The position numbers were made by a program, and so were the translations under genes. Below the pieces are notes generated by a model, which did not search any database, was not told where the DNA came from, and worked only from the letters and a program-made list of their open reading frames with translations. DNA of 64,000 nucleotides from Paraphysomonas bandaiensis. Taxonomy: Eukaryota > Protista > Chrysophyceae. Shown here one piece after another: positions 14,547 to 27,253 of the stretch. How positions within the stretch are numbered: position 1 is the first letter of the stretch; each line of letters begins with the position of its first letter. Where the stretch lies: contig CBFFRP010000352.1 in the NCBI GenBank assembly GCA_965644295.1, forward strand, positions 310,001-374,000. The letters run 5' to 3'.

Positions 14547-16207
14547 CTATTTCGAGAGAATAGATACACGAGATCTCAATTCATCATACGACATCACCCC
14601 AGTCTCTGCACCAAATACCTATTCACACACAGAATATCAACTATAGAAAGGAAAGTATATAGTCAAACTAAACTCGTACTACGTCTAGTACCTCAATCCA
14701 CATTTGGTCAAGCCTCTCACGCATGCCCTCATTTAGTTCAGTCTTATTGGCCCCTTTCCGACCTTTATTCACTTTATTTGCTATTACCTGCACAAACATT
14801 TACCTTCAATACATGCCAAACAGAATGTCACAATACAGAAGTGCAGAGTGTAACTTAATTGAAAGAAAGCTATTTTTAATAAACTAAACATAATGTCCGT
14901 GATCAAGTCAAGCAAAGAGTTTTAAGTGTCTCCACCTGTGAATCTGGGTCTAAACCCATCCGAACTTTACAAGCATCGAAAACCTGAAAGCATGATCACA
15001 CAGCTTCAACATTGACTTATATACATACCACATGCTCGTCAAATTTACTACTATTTTCCTGGCACGCAGAAAATTACACGGGCATGACTGTAATGAACAA
15101 GTGGGCGTACCTTCATGTACTCAAATGATGCGTAGTGTACTACCTTCGCCTTAAGTTTCTCATCAAGAGGAACACCCATAAAGGCTGTCATGTGGCATAG
15201 CATGAGCAAGTTACGTACACAATTCAGACTAGTTGCCTTTTGACGACAGTACTCACGGCATTATACATTCTAAAAGCAATAATACCTGCAATGGCATCCA
15301 CACACTTAGGGAGATCTTCTATGAGATCCTCATAAAATATCCATAACACTGACCCACTGTTCCTGACAATCAAATAGTAAGATCAGTATTATGTATTACA
15401 AAAATGATGCACCTAACATTATAATATGACAAATAATGCTCCCATATTCTTCCAGAGTTCGAGCCACTTCCTGTAGCAGAATCAAAAACACCAAAATACA
15501 AGGCACCCATAAAACAGTTGGCTAAGTGACAAACAATATTAAAATCAAACCTGCAAACAGGCGGTCTAGGAAATCTTGGATTGGTACTTCATCGGTAGTC
15601 ATCTAGATCTTCAACAGTTAGACGCCACGGACGAAAGCACGCAATCATTCACGAACCACAAGTGAAGTACTTACATGGACCCAATCCACGGCAAAGTGAT
15701 AAAATGAGACGCAAGCATCTTTAGGGTCTCTGGCTACGTAAATATACTTGGCGTTTTTTTGAATTAAGTCGTAACTTTCATGTGACTGCAGCAAAATAAG
15801 ATTCGTCCAGTACAACAAATAAGTACATGAACCTTGAAAAGTCTTGGTTGTCCAAGTTGTTCAGCATTCAAATCAATTCCACAATCTAGTGCAAATTTGG
15901 TCCAAGGAACCACCTGAAATATCTCTTCAAAATCGACATACCCACCTGAGCGTATGCAATGGGCAATGAACGAAACCCAAGTCGTTCCGCACTTCTGTGG
16001 CACAGTTAAAACATCATTCACACGTTATATGGCTGATGATCACCGGATAAGTGGCAATAAATACATCCGATGACCTTTGAAGTGTAAAGTTACAACAATG
16101 TGCATAGATATTGCACACTCTAGTGCATACCTCGGTTGCCAGGCTAGACCGGCCTGACTACTTCTAGGATCTTCCATTTGCATTAATCGCTGAAGAAGTG
16201 TGTCCAT
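14547..16207 (-). CDS. PAPS-dependent sulfotransferase (cytosolic type), many small exons
   Basis: 5'-PSB loop KCGTTW, RLFK|SH, YIYVARDPKDACVSFYHF, IFYEDL, C-terminal KVNKGRKG; final exon ends ...RSRVSILSK*. Confidence 0.85.
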
Positions 16208-16789
16208 GCTAGCAATTGCGTTCCAAATCTCGTCTATTAGTCGAGTATTGTATGCAGGTCTTAGATGGCTAGTTGCTAGAAGGGCTTTAGATATGAGTGT
16301 ACGTCTGCGTGTATGCATCATATATACACAATGTATACTACTGCTACTGCTGTATTCATAACAAAAAACGTATTCTCTCTGTGCAATACAACCACATGAT
16401 CTAGCTAGATACAGAGTGTCGCGTCGATCTATTCATTCCCCTTGTAACACATGACTCCGCTACAATTATTGCTACTGCTTTGTAAGAGTATCGTATGAAA
16501 AGACATGATGATCAATGAAACGACGACTGTGCTAACACAGTAACACCTACAGCTCCCTGAAACACACAGACTCCAGCCTTCAGATAGGACGGAGTCGAGA
16601 AGATCTAACCCTTATCTAAGTGGAGCATTATAAATGCTGGGTGATAAAGAGGAAATAAGGCAATATGTTGTATCTAGTAGTATATGTTGATATATACTCT
16701 TTTCACTGAGAGCCGCTGTCCTGTGTGAGGAGATTTTCGGCTTTGTGAGCTAGATTGGAATAACTCCTCTGGGATCTCTTATTGGCCTA

Positions 16790-16960
16790 ATTAACTTGGT
16801 TGTCATACCTCATCATACCAAAATTGTGCAATTTATGACTAGGTTTATAACTAAATCATACCAGGTATAACCATTTATTACGTTGACTAGGTACTTACAC
16901 CAATATTGGCGTGACTAGGTAATTCAACTAAATTGGCTAGGTTGAATAATATTTCCCTAA
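16790..16960 (-). repeat. Terminal fragment of a dispersed repeat with CAACCTAG subrepeats (putative DNA-transposon end)
   Basis: Reverse complement TAGGGAAATATTATTCAACCTAG matches TAGAGAAATATTATTCAACCTAG at 49139. Confidence 0.55.
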
Positions 16961-17341
16961 TAAATACTATTACATAGTAGAATACACATTTCGTATAGCA
17001 ACAAGAATATCGTTTGTCAGTATGTCAACAATATGTAGTTGTATTTGGACCGTTTTGTTTTCGAATTACACCACGTCTTCTAACATAAGAGGAACACTAT
17101 GTACAACGCAACAACTAACTACAAAGTATTAATGCGTAGCGATATGACAGATATTGCTGAACTGCTGAAGATATTTAGACATTCCTGCCTATATGCGTAT
17201 CCATATTGTCAATTTTTAATTTGAAAAAGACATTGCTTAAAATATACATCCACTGTTCAAGAGAAAACCGCATCGTCCACATGCCGTGTACTAATTTTCA
17301 TTAGTGGAGCTATCATTCCACACTGGTAACACTATCTTTGA

Positions 17342-18410
17342 TTATGCTAGCAGACCTACTCTAACTGGTGGACGGTCGGGGTGCATCGCGTCCTCCTCCT
17401 TAGTGACAGCACAGATATTGTCCAATTGAGGGAACATCGACTGGGCCGCCAGCTGCGCATTCTGAAGGCATGTAGTAATTTCCGCCACTGAGAGAGAACC
17501 CGCACCTCCTAGCTTTTTTATACCGCAACATACTCCGTCTCCACACACCGCTATTGTCACCGTGCACTCTGCACACGCCTCTTCCTCCAGGGAAGGGTCC
17601 AACAGCAGACAACCAGCTTGTATCTTGGTAATGGTGATACAAATGGGGAGTCTAGATCCGGGATCAAAGGCAGAGGCATCCGCTGCATCACCTGTGACAT
17701 CAAAGTCTTCTGCTACTCCAGTTTCACCGCTGAATACCTCAGTTCCTGGTATAGTCGTGCATCTGAGTGCAGCATAAGCTGCCCAAGAGCAAGGGTCGAT
17801 GGGACAGGCACTGTCAGTTTCGAGTACCTGCATGAGAGGCACACATCCCATAAAACGCCACAATTTCTCTACAATAAACGTTTACCTGTATGTCTGCGTG
17901 AATCGTCCAGCAGAACTTTCCAGGGATAATATCAAGTTGCCCAGGAAGGATTTGATTGCACGACTGAAGTATAGCGCTGTACATATATACAAATCCATCA
18001 GAGCACAATGGGAGCAGACATTAAATAAATATTACGATTTGATGGAATCTGATATGTAGCTTGACACTTCCTGCTGTCGTTTTTCATCCAGTCGATTGTT
18101 GGATGCCGATGGTGGGAGTTCAACAGTGACATTAATGTACATATCATCAGATTTTCCTGACAATTCTGTCACCACAACCTGTAAGAAATATTTACATAGT
18201 GGCTGATTAATATCATACACGTACTTTCACCCCACATACTACGTCTATCGAATTACCAATACTGACTCGGCTCGACCCATTGCAATGAGGAAATATATCT
18301 GTCTCCACAGCAATGGATCTGAAATCTGTGGTGTTTCTACCGTCGTTTCTAACTCCCAGACTACAACTATGTTTAACAAACAGTTTTTCTGCTTCCGAAA
18401 TATCTGCCAT
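17342..18410 (-). CDS. RRP42: Exosome complex component RRP42 (EXOSC7)
   Basis: ISEAEKLF...RNDGRNTTDFR...NGSSRV...VVCGVK; IIPGKFCWTIHADIQV; LLDPSLEEE; RNase PH fold. Confidence 0.9.
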
Positions 18411-18714
18411 TATAGTACCACTACGAATATAACTTGGAATATAAGAATAAAACGGTCACAATATAATCAAGAGTCAGCAGCAATATGTTGACAAGCAAAT
18501 TCTATTCGTGCTCCTATTTGACCCACCGTAACAAATATCCAACAATACTTCCTGATGAGCTATAGTAAGACAACGCTTCTGGTGCACAATAACTATCTCT
18601 TACGCTTACACACCCTCTCAATAACTCCACAGCTTTCAATATGCATCATGAGGAGACCACTCATAGCAGAGACACAGTTCACAGTATGGAGTACACTCAC
18701 TGCCTCCACCAACA

Positions 18715-20610
18715 TGCATCACCAGCACCACGACTGTATTTTCTGTCGTATACCGTACAATACTCTGTATACCGAGGAGGTGCTGAATAATGGAATATAT
18801 CAAAAAGTCTTCTATTTTGCACTGAAAAATCGAGGAATTATACTCCCAGAAATTAAATAACGTGAATATTTTATCCAATGACAGCCTTGATAGCCACTTT
18901 CATTCGTTATGTACATACGTTGAGGTTGAAGGGATAGCGATGTTGAGCCCTGACGTCAAGAAAGAAGCCACCATCACGATGAGGAATTACTATGACAGAA
19001 TACACACATGCGGTGACCATAACTCTCTTGTCTATTGCCCATATTAGTTATTGGTATTCGGAATAACTTGTTGATTGAAATGAATAAAAAAAACTGTATT
19101 GTTGAGTTCCATGCAGGCACGAAACACGACACAGCGGCCCTGGGAATAAAAGGGTCCAACCTGTGCGAAATGTCGAAGATAGTCCCTGTCCCTGACGGCT
19201 TCATTGTATCGAGTGAAGTATGCCAAGAATACTACACTTTGATGTCTAGATGCAAGCGGACATTGCCGTGTCATGCTATGGAGCAGTGCATTACGGCTAT
19301 TCACGACCTAGAGGAGCGTACAGGCACAAGGTTTGGAGAGAGTGCCGTACAGCATAATATGTGTCCACTTCTTCTATCTGTAAGACCAAGCACACCTTCA
19401 ATTGTCGGCGGGTATGCATAGTTGTACTTAAGTATTCACTGCTAACTTGCATTAACTATAAAGGCTAATGGATTCTGTCCTAAATCTCGGCTTAAATGAC
19501 AATGTACTCGAAGTTTTGGCCACAAAAATGCCAGGAGGGAGCCGTCGTTTTGCTCTAGATACCTACAAGCGATTTCTTTTTATGTTCGGAACGGCCGTTC
19601 TGAAAGTGGACAAGCGGGAGTATGAATGTGCCTTGCAGCGCGGCAAGGACAGAGATGGCGTAACTCGAGAAAATGAACTTTCCGAAGAAGGCCTTGAGTG
19701 GATAGTGCAAGAGTTCAAGCGCATCGCACCTGTTCCAGTGAATCCCTGGGATCAGCTGTGGATGGCACTTGAGGGAATTTACAAATCTCTATATTCAAGA
19801 GAGTGAGTAACTTATCTACACTATAGACCTACACTATAGACCATACCAGACAGATGTTTAGATTAGTGTCATCATTATTCATAGCAAAAATCTAAACTAT
19901 ACTGTTCTAGGTGCAATATGTTTCGTGAGGAGTTCAATATCGAGGAAGTGGAGGCTGCTGCTGTGGTAATTCAGCGTATGGTGTTCGGTAACTTGAACGA
20001 AAAATCAGGGACGGGTGTGTGTTTCAGTCGTTTGTTAAGTGTTGGGGGAAATCTTTATGGTCAGAAACATGCAATTTTGAATAACTTGGTCTGATAAGAT
20101 TACAATAGGTAATTTCTTGCGTCTTGCTGAAGGTGACGACGCCTCTCTGAACGACTACAGAAAAGCATCTGTGAGTGTTGCACAGTTACTGATATTGATT
20201 TATTCTCTTACTCGCAAGTGTAGAGTCTCACCAGCATAGGTAAAGAGCTTTATGATCAATTACAGGAAGAAGTTATAGCACTGGAGAATTACTACCAACA
20301 CAACTTTCAGGTGCGTAATTTCAACTATTTAAGTTCGCGCCCCTAACGCTGTATCATGTACTTCAGTTTGTGGAATTTACTATTCAGGATGGAGCCCTAT
20401 TTATACTGGAAGTGCGTAACTATATATATTTCCTGCTGTGTTGCACTAATATAATTTTCTTAGACCAACGCTGTAAAAAATAATCCTCAGTTTAATGGTC
20501 GATTATTTGTTGTACCGCTTGCCACTGAGGACGATATTTCTTCGAAGGATATATTCTCCCTCGCCAAGGATACCTCTGTTTACGAAAATCCCTTGCATTG
20601 TCAGCCGTAA
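18715..20610 (+). CDS. PPDK-like protein containing only the N-terminal nucleotide-binding (ATP-grasp) domain; start uncertain
   Basis: LGIKGSNLCEM, VPDGFIVS, PLLLSVR, MDSVLNLGLND, RFALDTYKRF, IQRMVFGN..SGTGVCFSR, VEFTIQDG; TAA at 20608-20610. Confidence 0.8.
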
Positions 20611-20909
20611 CTGGGAAATGTCTTTGCGCTTATATAAACTATACAAGTGTACAAATGTACTATTGATTTAAATATATCGAAAGAAGTAGGTTATTGTAGT
20701 CGATGGCTACGGCAGATAGTGTCAGCGTATATGTAATATAAACTTTGGACATGATGGAAATATTGCGCATGACGGAGCGTGTTGGTTACTGAAATTCAAT
20801 AATCCGGCTACACAACCATATTACAAATAGTATATGAGAAAATCGTTCGGAGTAGATCGCAAAAACAAATGACAGGCTAATTTACATGTGCACCAGCTTA
20901 GACAGTAGA

Positions 20910-20991
20910 CAGGGCCTGGTAAAAATTAATGGTGTCCAGTTCCAGGCAATTAAAATGGAATGCCATTACCATTAACGGCTACCAGGCCTTG
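20910..20991. mobile_element. 82-bp miniature inverted-repeat element (CAGGGCCTG termini)
   Basis: CAGGGCCTGGTA...TACCAGGCCTTG; 3' half nearly identical to 49520-49581. Confidence 0.6.
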
Positions 20992-21292
20992 CACCAGCAT
21001 ACTACCGATGTTATTGAATAAGCATCCAAATGTCAGATAACGGAAGGAAATGGCTTATATATTCAAACAAATATATATTTACACCAGTTTAGTTAATCAC
21101 GTCACACGTCACAAAACATGATACAGTGAGTCACCTCACACTTAATAAAAATTCTATTAATCTGTAGCAAATGTATAGTAAAAAGTTGCACACCACCACT
21201 TTTGGTCCAGGAGCGATTGACATGAAAAAAGTCCCACAGATAGTAGAGGTAGTACCCATAAATGCACTATAAATATATCGCAATACATATAT

Positions 21293-22610
21293 CTACCCCA
21301 ATGCAATAATAATACATGAGGCATTATCTGCTGCGTATCCTATAAAAGAAAAAATATTAAGCTTGATACACACAAAGAAAAGTACTTACGGTTTTTTCTC
21401 CAGAAGTCTGACACAGTGGCAGATATACAGAGATCGCGAGCAGCAGTGGTCAACATCTCGTTCAAGTCTTGCCTATTCGCAATGAGATTTTCTTCCCACG
21501 GCCCATCTCTGTACAAACAAATGAAACCTAGTTAAAATCTTTCTATATTAACTTACTCCAAAGCAGTTGCATCCGCCTTTAAATTACAATTCATTCGTCC
21601 CGATTCGATATGGCGTTTTATCATTTTGAATACCTCAGCTGGTTTTAGAGCGTCCCACACTCCGTCTGACGCGAGTACCACCATACGCAAATCTCCGGGC
21701 AGCAAATACTTTTCGACAGGCCCATGGTGGTGTATGATGGCCTCTCGCAGACCACCGAGTCCAGGAATTTTGGCATAAAAGTCACCGAACGAACGTGTTA
21801 CCATAAGGCCTCCTGGATACACCCTAAGGGGCAAGTTGTTTGAGCGGGAGAAAGGGCAACAGGAGAATAACGAAGTTTGTATGATAGATTGATGAACCGC
21901 AGCTCCAGCACTATGACATCGATCTACTTCGGCAGGGTTAGCAGTAGAATGATCTTCAGTTGCTTTGCTAAGTGTGCCATCAGAACGCTGAACGAAAGCT
22001 GAGCTATCACCGCAGTTCGCTATGTACACATGACTCCCCACTATCAGACAGACCGTGGCAGTGGATCCATCTCGGAGTATTCCAGACTCTGTAGAAAGGT
22101 GCTGGTATAGCTTTTCATCCATAATCCGCCATGTCTCTTGCAATGCCGCACTAGGGTCCGAACATATTAAGGGGTGGTGTGCTAGCACCTTGTGGAACTC
22201 TGAAGCAAGAAATTTCGAAGCCTCCCCTCCTCCATGACCTAAAGAGATTATCACATACATACAACTTACACTTCATTATTATAGCGCACCATCAAATATA
22301 GCACAATACATCCTCATGTCATTGTTTGGTGGTTTCGATATGTAACTATTGAGGTTAACACAAACAGCAAAATCCTCTTGAGTCTCTTTTCTGCCTAATT
22401 CCAAAGCGCCCCCGAATGTTACAGTTGGGGTAATATCAACAGGATGAATCTGACTGACGGGCATCACGTCACATTGTTGGATATATATATATATTGCACT
22501 GTGTCGTGTATCGGGGGCGTCTGCTCATGAGGAGTGCAGAGTGCAGTTGTGTGCTGCGTGCTGCTGCTGTGTGTGTACAACTGAACAAATTTTGTCCAAC
22601 AAGTCCCCAT
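21293..22610 (-). CDS. Protein phosphatase 2C (PPM family) with N-terminal MGTC
   Basis: GRKETQED, AIFDGHGG, DGSTA, ANCGDS, TRSFGD, LASDGVWD, DNAS motifs. Confidence 0.92.
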
Positions 22611-23413
22611 AACTATACGTCGGGTATACCACAGTATATCAATGTATTTTACGAGTTGGTTGTGATGTCTGCTGGTGCTGGTGCTGTACGGAGGATGGGA
22701 CGTGCTCGGAGCAAGAAGGGACATACACTATGGCATGATGATGGAAGCTGCTGGGTTCATAATAAGGAGCTCATATGATCTTATAATTATGCTCTGCATC
22801 TGTTGATGTCATATGCTATGAATTGAGTGTATCATCTGTATAATTTAGAGTGTATTCTCTGTATAGTATCACACCAGCAGTCGGTAGACTGACACACAGA
22901 TAGCTCATTACTCTGATGGGTCGTAACATTTATATCCAGCAACACAGATCCAAGATGTCTATATACAACTCAACATAACAATACTTTATATTTGTAGTAG
23001 GAATGAGACATAATTTATTATTTAATTGGACTTGTCGCCATACTGTAGCACCCGCCGGTACATTACAAAGCAACACACTTAACTAGATATTATACTTTTA
23101 CACAGTCTCCACCACTCATAAAGTGCACAGAGAGATTCTTCAGGGGTACCAGTACTAGCTCTCTCCCTTGATATAGTACAATAGAAAGCTTGGATATATG
23201 CCACTATTCAGTATACCCTTTAGGGCTCTACCACAACATTATGCACTGCCGTAATTATATGTCTACTGAAACATATCATGACTAGACTTTGAACAGCAAA
23301 TAGGGAATTATTAGTATGTAGTAGATAATATTCAGTTAATTATCTATATATACTAAGTGAATGTCATATTCTAAGCTATAGGCATGTAAGAGTCAGCACT
23401 AATGTAGCATATC

Positions 23414-23575
23414 AATTTAACTAACTAGTGCTTAACTCTGATATTCTACGAAAACTGTTTGTGCGCCACCGCAAGCACCAAGGTGCAACCCCTTTCGCTC
23501 TATCGCTCAAGCAAACGTATTGAGCAAGCAGAATGTAGAATGTTGGTATACCTGACATCTGCTGAATTCAGGACA
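23414..23575 (+). repeat. 5' fragment of the ~500-bp dispersed repeat also at 29765, 30914 and 49440
   Basis: Shared AATTTAACTA..CTTAACT..CACCGCAAGCACCAAGGTGCAACC..TGAGCAAGCAGAATG..TTCAGGAC. Confidence 0.8.
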
Positions 23576-23959
23576 ATATATACTGAGAAGTGCTGATAGT
23601 ATATTAACAAGCCCGACATGTCACTCTTATACCAGCTTAAAAACAAACATAATTAGTTATATTGAATATCTAATCTGAAAATTGAAATTGAGTTGTTATG
23701 CAACCTGAATACAGTTACTTGATGAAAATTATTCTAATATATCACCACAACACTCAAACAATCCTACCCATACGTTAAAGTTTTAACGCAGAGTATGAAT
23801 TTGATTATCTGTCATCCCCAAATGTGACGCTAAATTAATCAGCGTTTCAATCAGTAATGGCTTCATTCAGCATCATCATTTGTTCGTTCTTGTTTGCTGA
23901 TAGTATGATTAATATGTGATTATTTACACTTTACATTGTGATACATTCGTCTACTTCAT

Positions 23960-26740
23960 TCACAAATCCTGAAACTCATTCCTAGGGAACACTGAAGCTT
24001 TCGTACTTGATGAAAAGAATGTCACATATGCTGCTAATCCAAGACCTATAAGATATAAGGTTTCAGTTCAATGAGTATGACATATTTCAACGTACCTCCG
24101 AAAACCACTCCAGCTGCAACAATAATAACCCAGAAAAAACCAAGCGGTCCAATTAAGTCATCTTGAAAATAATGGTCAAACTCTCAGAATAACTAATTGC
24201 CCCACGTACCATCAGGAGTTTCGGTAGGATAACTTGTTGGAGCTTCTGTTAAAGCCTGAAAATCTGCAAAAGAAAGAACCAGATAAGAATCCATCATCCC
24301 CAGATCTTGATGCCGCAAGAAGTGGCAATTAACAGCATTTTCTCCTGTGAATTGTGCCACGCGAAATCTGACCCTAACAGCAGATGCAACAGGAGGAAGA
24401 GTGTCTCGCCACTGACCCACCTCATAATACTGGCGGTAATCATAATTGTCGGATTCCACCGAGATAATTTGAAAATGCTGTATGCAACAAATTTGTTAGA
24501 ATACAAGTTTCAGTTTAATATTTATATATACTAACATGAGGTTGTATAGTTAGAGCATGATGGGAAGATCCAAGACCATACAATGTCCATTCGTGAACAG
24601 ATCCCATAAAAGTAACCATTTTATTTCGTTCAATATATACTCCAGGGTTAGTTCCTCTGCTACCTTCAAACTGACTAAAGGGACACTCAAAAATTGATGC
24701 ATTCGGATATAGAGGGCCATATGGTTGAACAGAGCTACAATCAGGCCCAGAACCTAGCCAAAATCCACATTCTGACGAGTTTTTCCCGGCCTGATTAACG
24801 CTGAGAGAGTACCACTGGTCAACGGTTGCATTCACATCATAGAGATCAGTGAGGTAATACGGCCTACGAATTCCAGCAAGGTGCTCATCGGTTACAATTC
24901 TTTTCGTTGTTCCTGTTGCCGTAACAACTATGTGAAAGAACAGCCCATTCCCTAGATTATACATAGTGAAAACGCCTAAAAGAAACAGATGATGAAAACA
25001 TTATACAAATCGTATCAGACATACCAACTGTATCGCAATATAATTCTATGTCCACTCTACCCCCTGCAACCACATTAACCACCAACTGAGGTGATCTATT
25101 CTTAATGTACACCCCGTCCCACGCCAGCACAGTCATTGTACATTTATCACTATCGGACGTAACTAGCCTCAACGGCCCAGCTCCGGCCGCATGAACTATT
25201 CGAAGTATAGTTGGAGAATTTCGAACAAGAGAAATACTAGGCTGATACTGTCCATTTATGAGGTCAATGCTACTCATGCCCTCATTACTTGTGTTGAGTT
25301 GAAAATTCATGTCCAACGTACTTCCTGTTTCAGCTGAAAGCTCTTGCAATGAATACGACCTAAAAGGATTGAAGGGCGAAGACTTTTCATTTCCTGCAAA
25401 ATAATTAGATTAGATGAGTTGCAATTTGTTAAGTGGATGTTACCTGAACACAGCGGATACTGCGATACAGGATCACAGGACCAATCAACACCACAACCCT
25501 GAGAAACATTGCCTTCTACCGTTTCTGAATTAAGAACAATATTCGTAACTATCATCAATATACTTCTCGAATTCTTTAAAGACGTCGGGTATTTTAAAGA
25601 TTTATCATCAAGATCAGGTTCAACGACAATTCCGCCAGCCAAACCACCCATAAGTTGCATGGCAGACGAACCATGAGCATGTGAATGATACCAATGTATA
25701 CCTGGCGCATGATTTTCCTTTATACTGTACCTATAAGTCAGAGTTTCACCAGGAGATGCAGTTCTAAAAACACTATTAATCGCAGGATCCACATGTAAAC
25801 CGTGAGTGTAGAAATTAGTTGTATTCGGACTGTGCATTCCATTTCGAACAGAACTGTGAGTAGAGTTAATAACTTCTTGTGGTCCAAGTTCATTCACCAA
25901 TGTTAATGTCAGATTATCACCAGGTCGGAAACGTATAGTCGGGCCAGGATAACTGCAGTAAGAATGCGTACAAAATGTACGTGTGGTAAAGGTAACTGGC
26001 CCTGCAGTAACTCTATATTCTCGGACATAAAGAGTTAATATCCAATTTCTTGCCCTACCATATCCTGAACTTAGTAGTGGCATACTCGTAAGCTCTTTAG
26101 CAGTAAGTTCAGAAAGGGTTGTAGGTTGTGCTGAGGGAACAGGTGTAGGACTTCGTGTTGGATTAGGGGTAGGAGTCATGGTTGGAATCTGAGTCGGATT
26201 TATCGTACTCGTTGGTGGTAATGTTGATGGTGTACTTGTTATTGGTGATGTTGATGGTGTACTTGTTGGTGTTGATGTCGATAATGTACTGGTTGGTGTT
26301 GATGTTGATGGCGTAAAGCTTGGATATGGCGACAACAGCGGAGCTTCACTGGGAGATAAGGATGGTGTAATCGATGGACATGGAGAAACTGTTGGAATAG
26401 AAGTAGGATACGGTGTTGCAGTAACAACGTCGATAACCCCTTTCATACTGGAGTGAATGGAACACTGGTATGAGTACTCGCCAATGTAATCAAACGTGAC
26501 AGAATACACATAACCATATGCAGCAATTACACTTGAGCTCTCAAATGTATTATCTGTCGAAGTAGATTGTACGCTGTGTGGTTCGCTATCTCTCCATATC
26601 CAAGACACTGTATCTCCCACATAAATAAGAGTCCTATTCTGATCCCCAACAGAAATATTCCAATTCAGTACAATCGTTGAAGCAAATATTTGCAACAGAT
26701 TTTGAATGGATATAAGAACAAATAGTGCATAAACTTGCAT
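23960..26740 (-). CDS. Type-I membrane protein: signal peptide, plastocyanin-like cupredoxin, Thr/Pro/Ser linker, 3-domain multicopper-oxidase fold with degenerate trinuclear site, TM helix
   Basis: VGDTVSW..PHSV..YQCSIHSSM; YPGPTIR; TNFYTHG; HWYHSHAHG; HALTIQPHHFQ (spliced); WRDT; NCHFLRHQDLGMM; TM FFWVIIVAAGVVFGGLGLAAYVTFF. Confidence 0.88.
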
Positions 26741-26904
26741 CTCAATACACGACAAACAGCACTTAACAAAACATAAACACTGATTCTAGGATATTACACA
26801 TTTCAATATACATCTATTCCTGGCAGCACACTAATGTGTGCAATGATCTGAGGGTTCTTTATATTATTAACAGACTAGAAGGAAGAAGAAGGTGAAACGC
26901 ACTC

Positions 26905-27152
26905 TACATACATACATACATACATACATACATACATACATACATACATACATACATACATACATACATACATACATACATACATACATACATACATACA
27001 TACATACATACATACATACATACATACATACATACATACATACATACATACATACATACATACATACATACATACATACATACATACATACATACATACA
27101 TACATACATACATACATACATACATACATACATACATACATACATACATACA
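26905..27152. repeat. Perfect (TACA)n microsatellite, ~62 units
   Basis: Uninterrupted tetranucleotide array. Confidence 0.99.
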
Positions 27153-27253
27153 GAGGTACGGAGGCCTCCACTTGTTTTCTTGTTGGTGGGCTGGAGCTTG
27201 TATTTATTATATTTTCGCTTGTGCCGAGAATAAGAATAGCATTAGAAGTCCAC

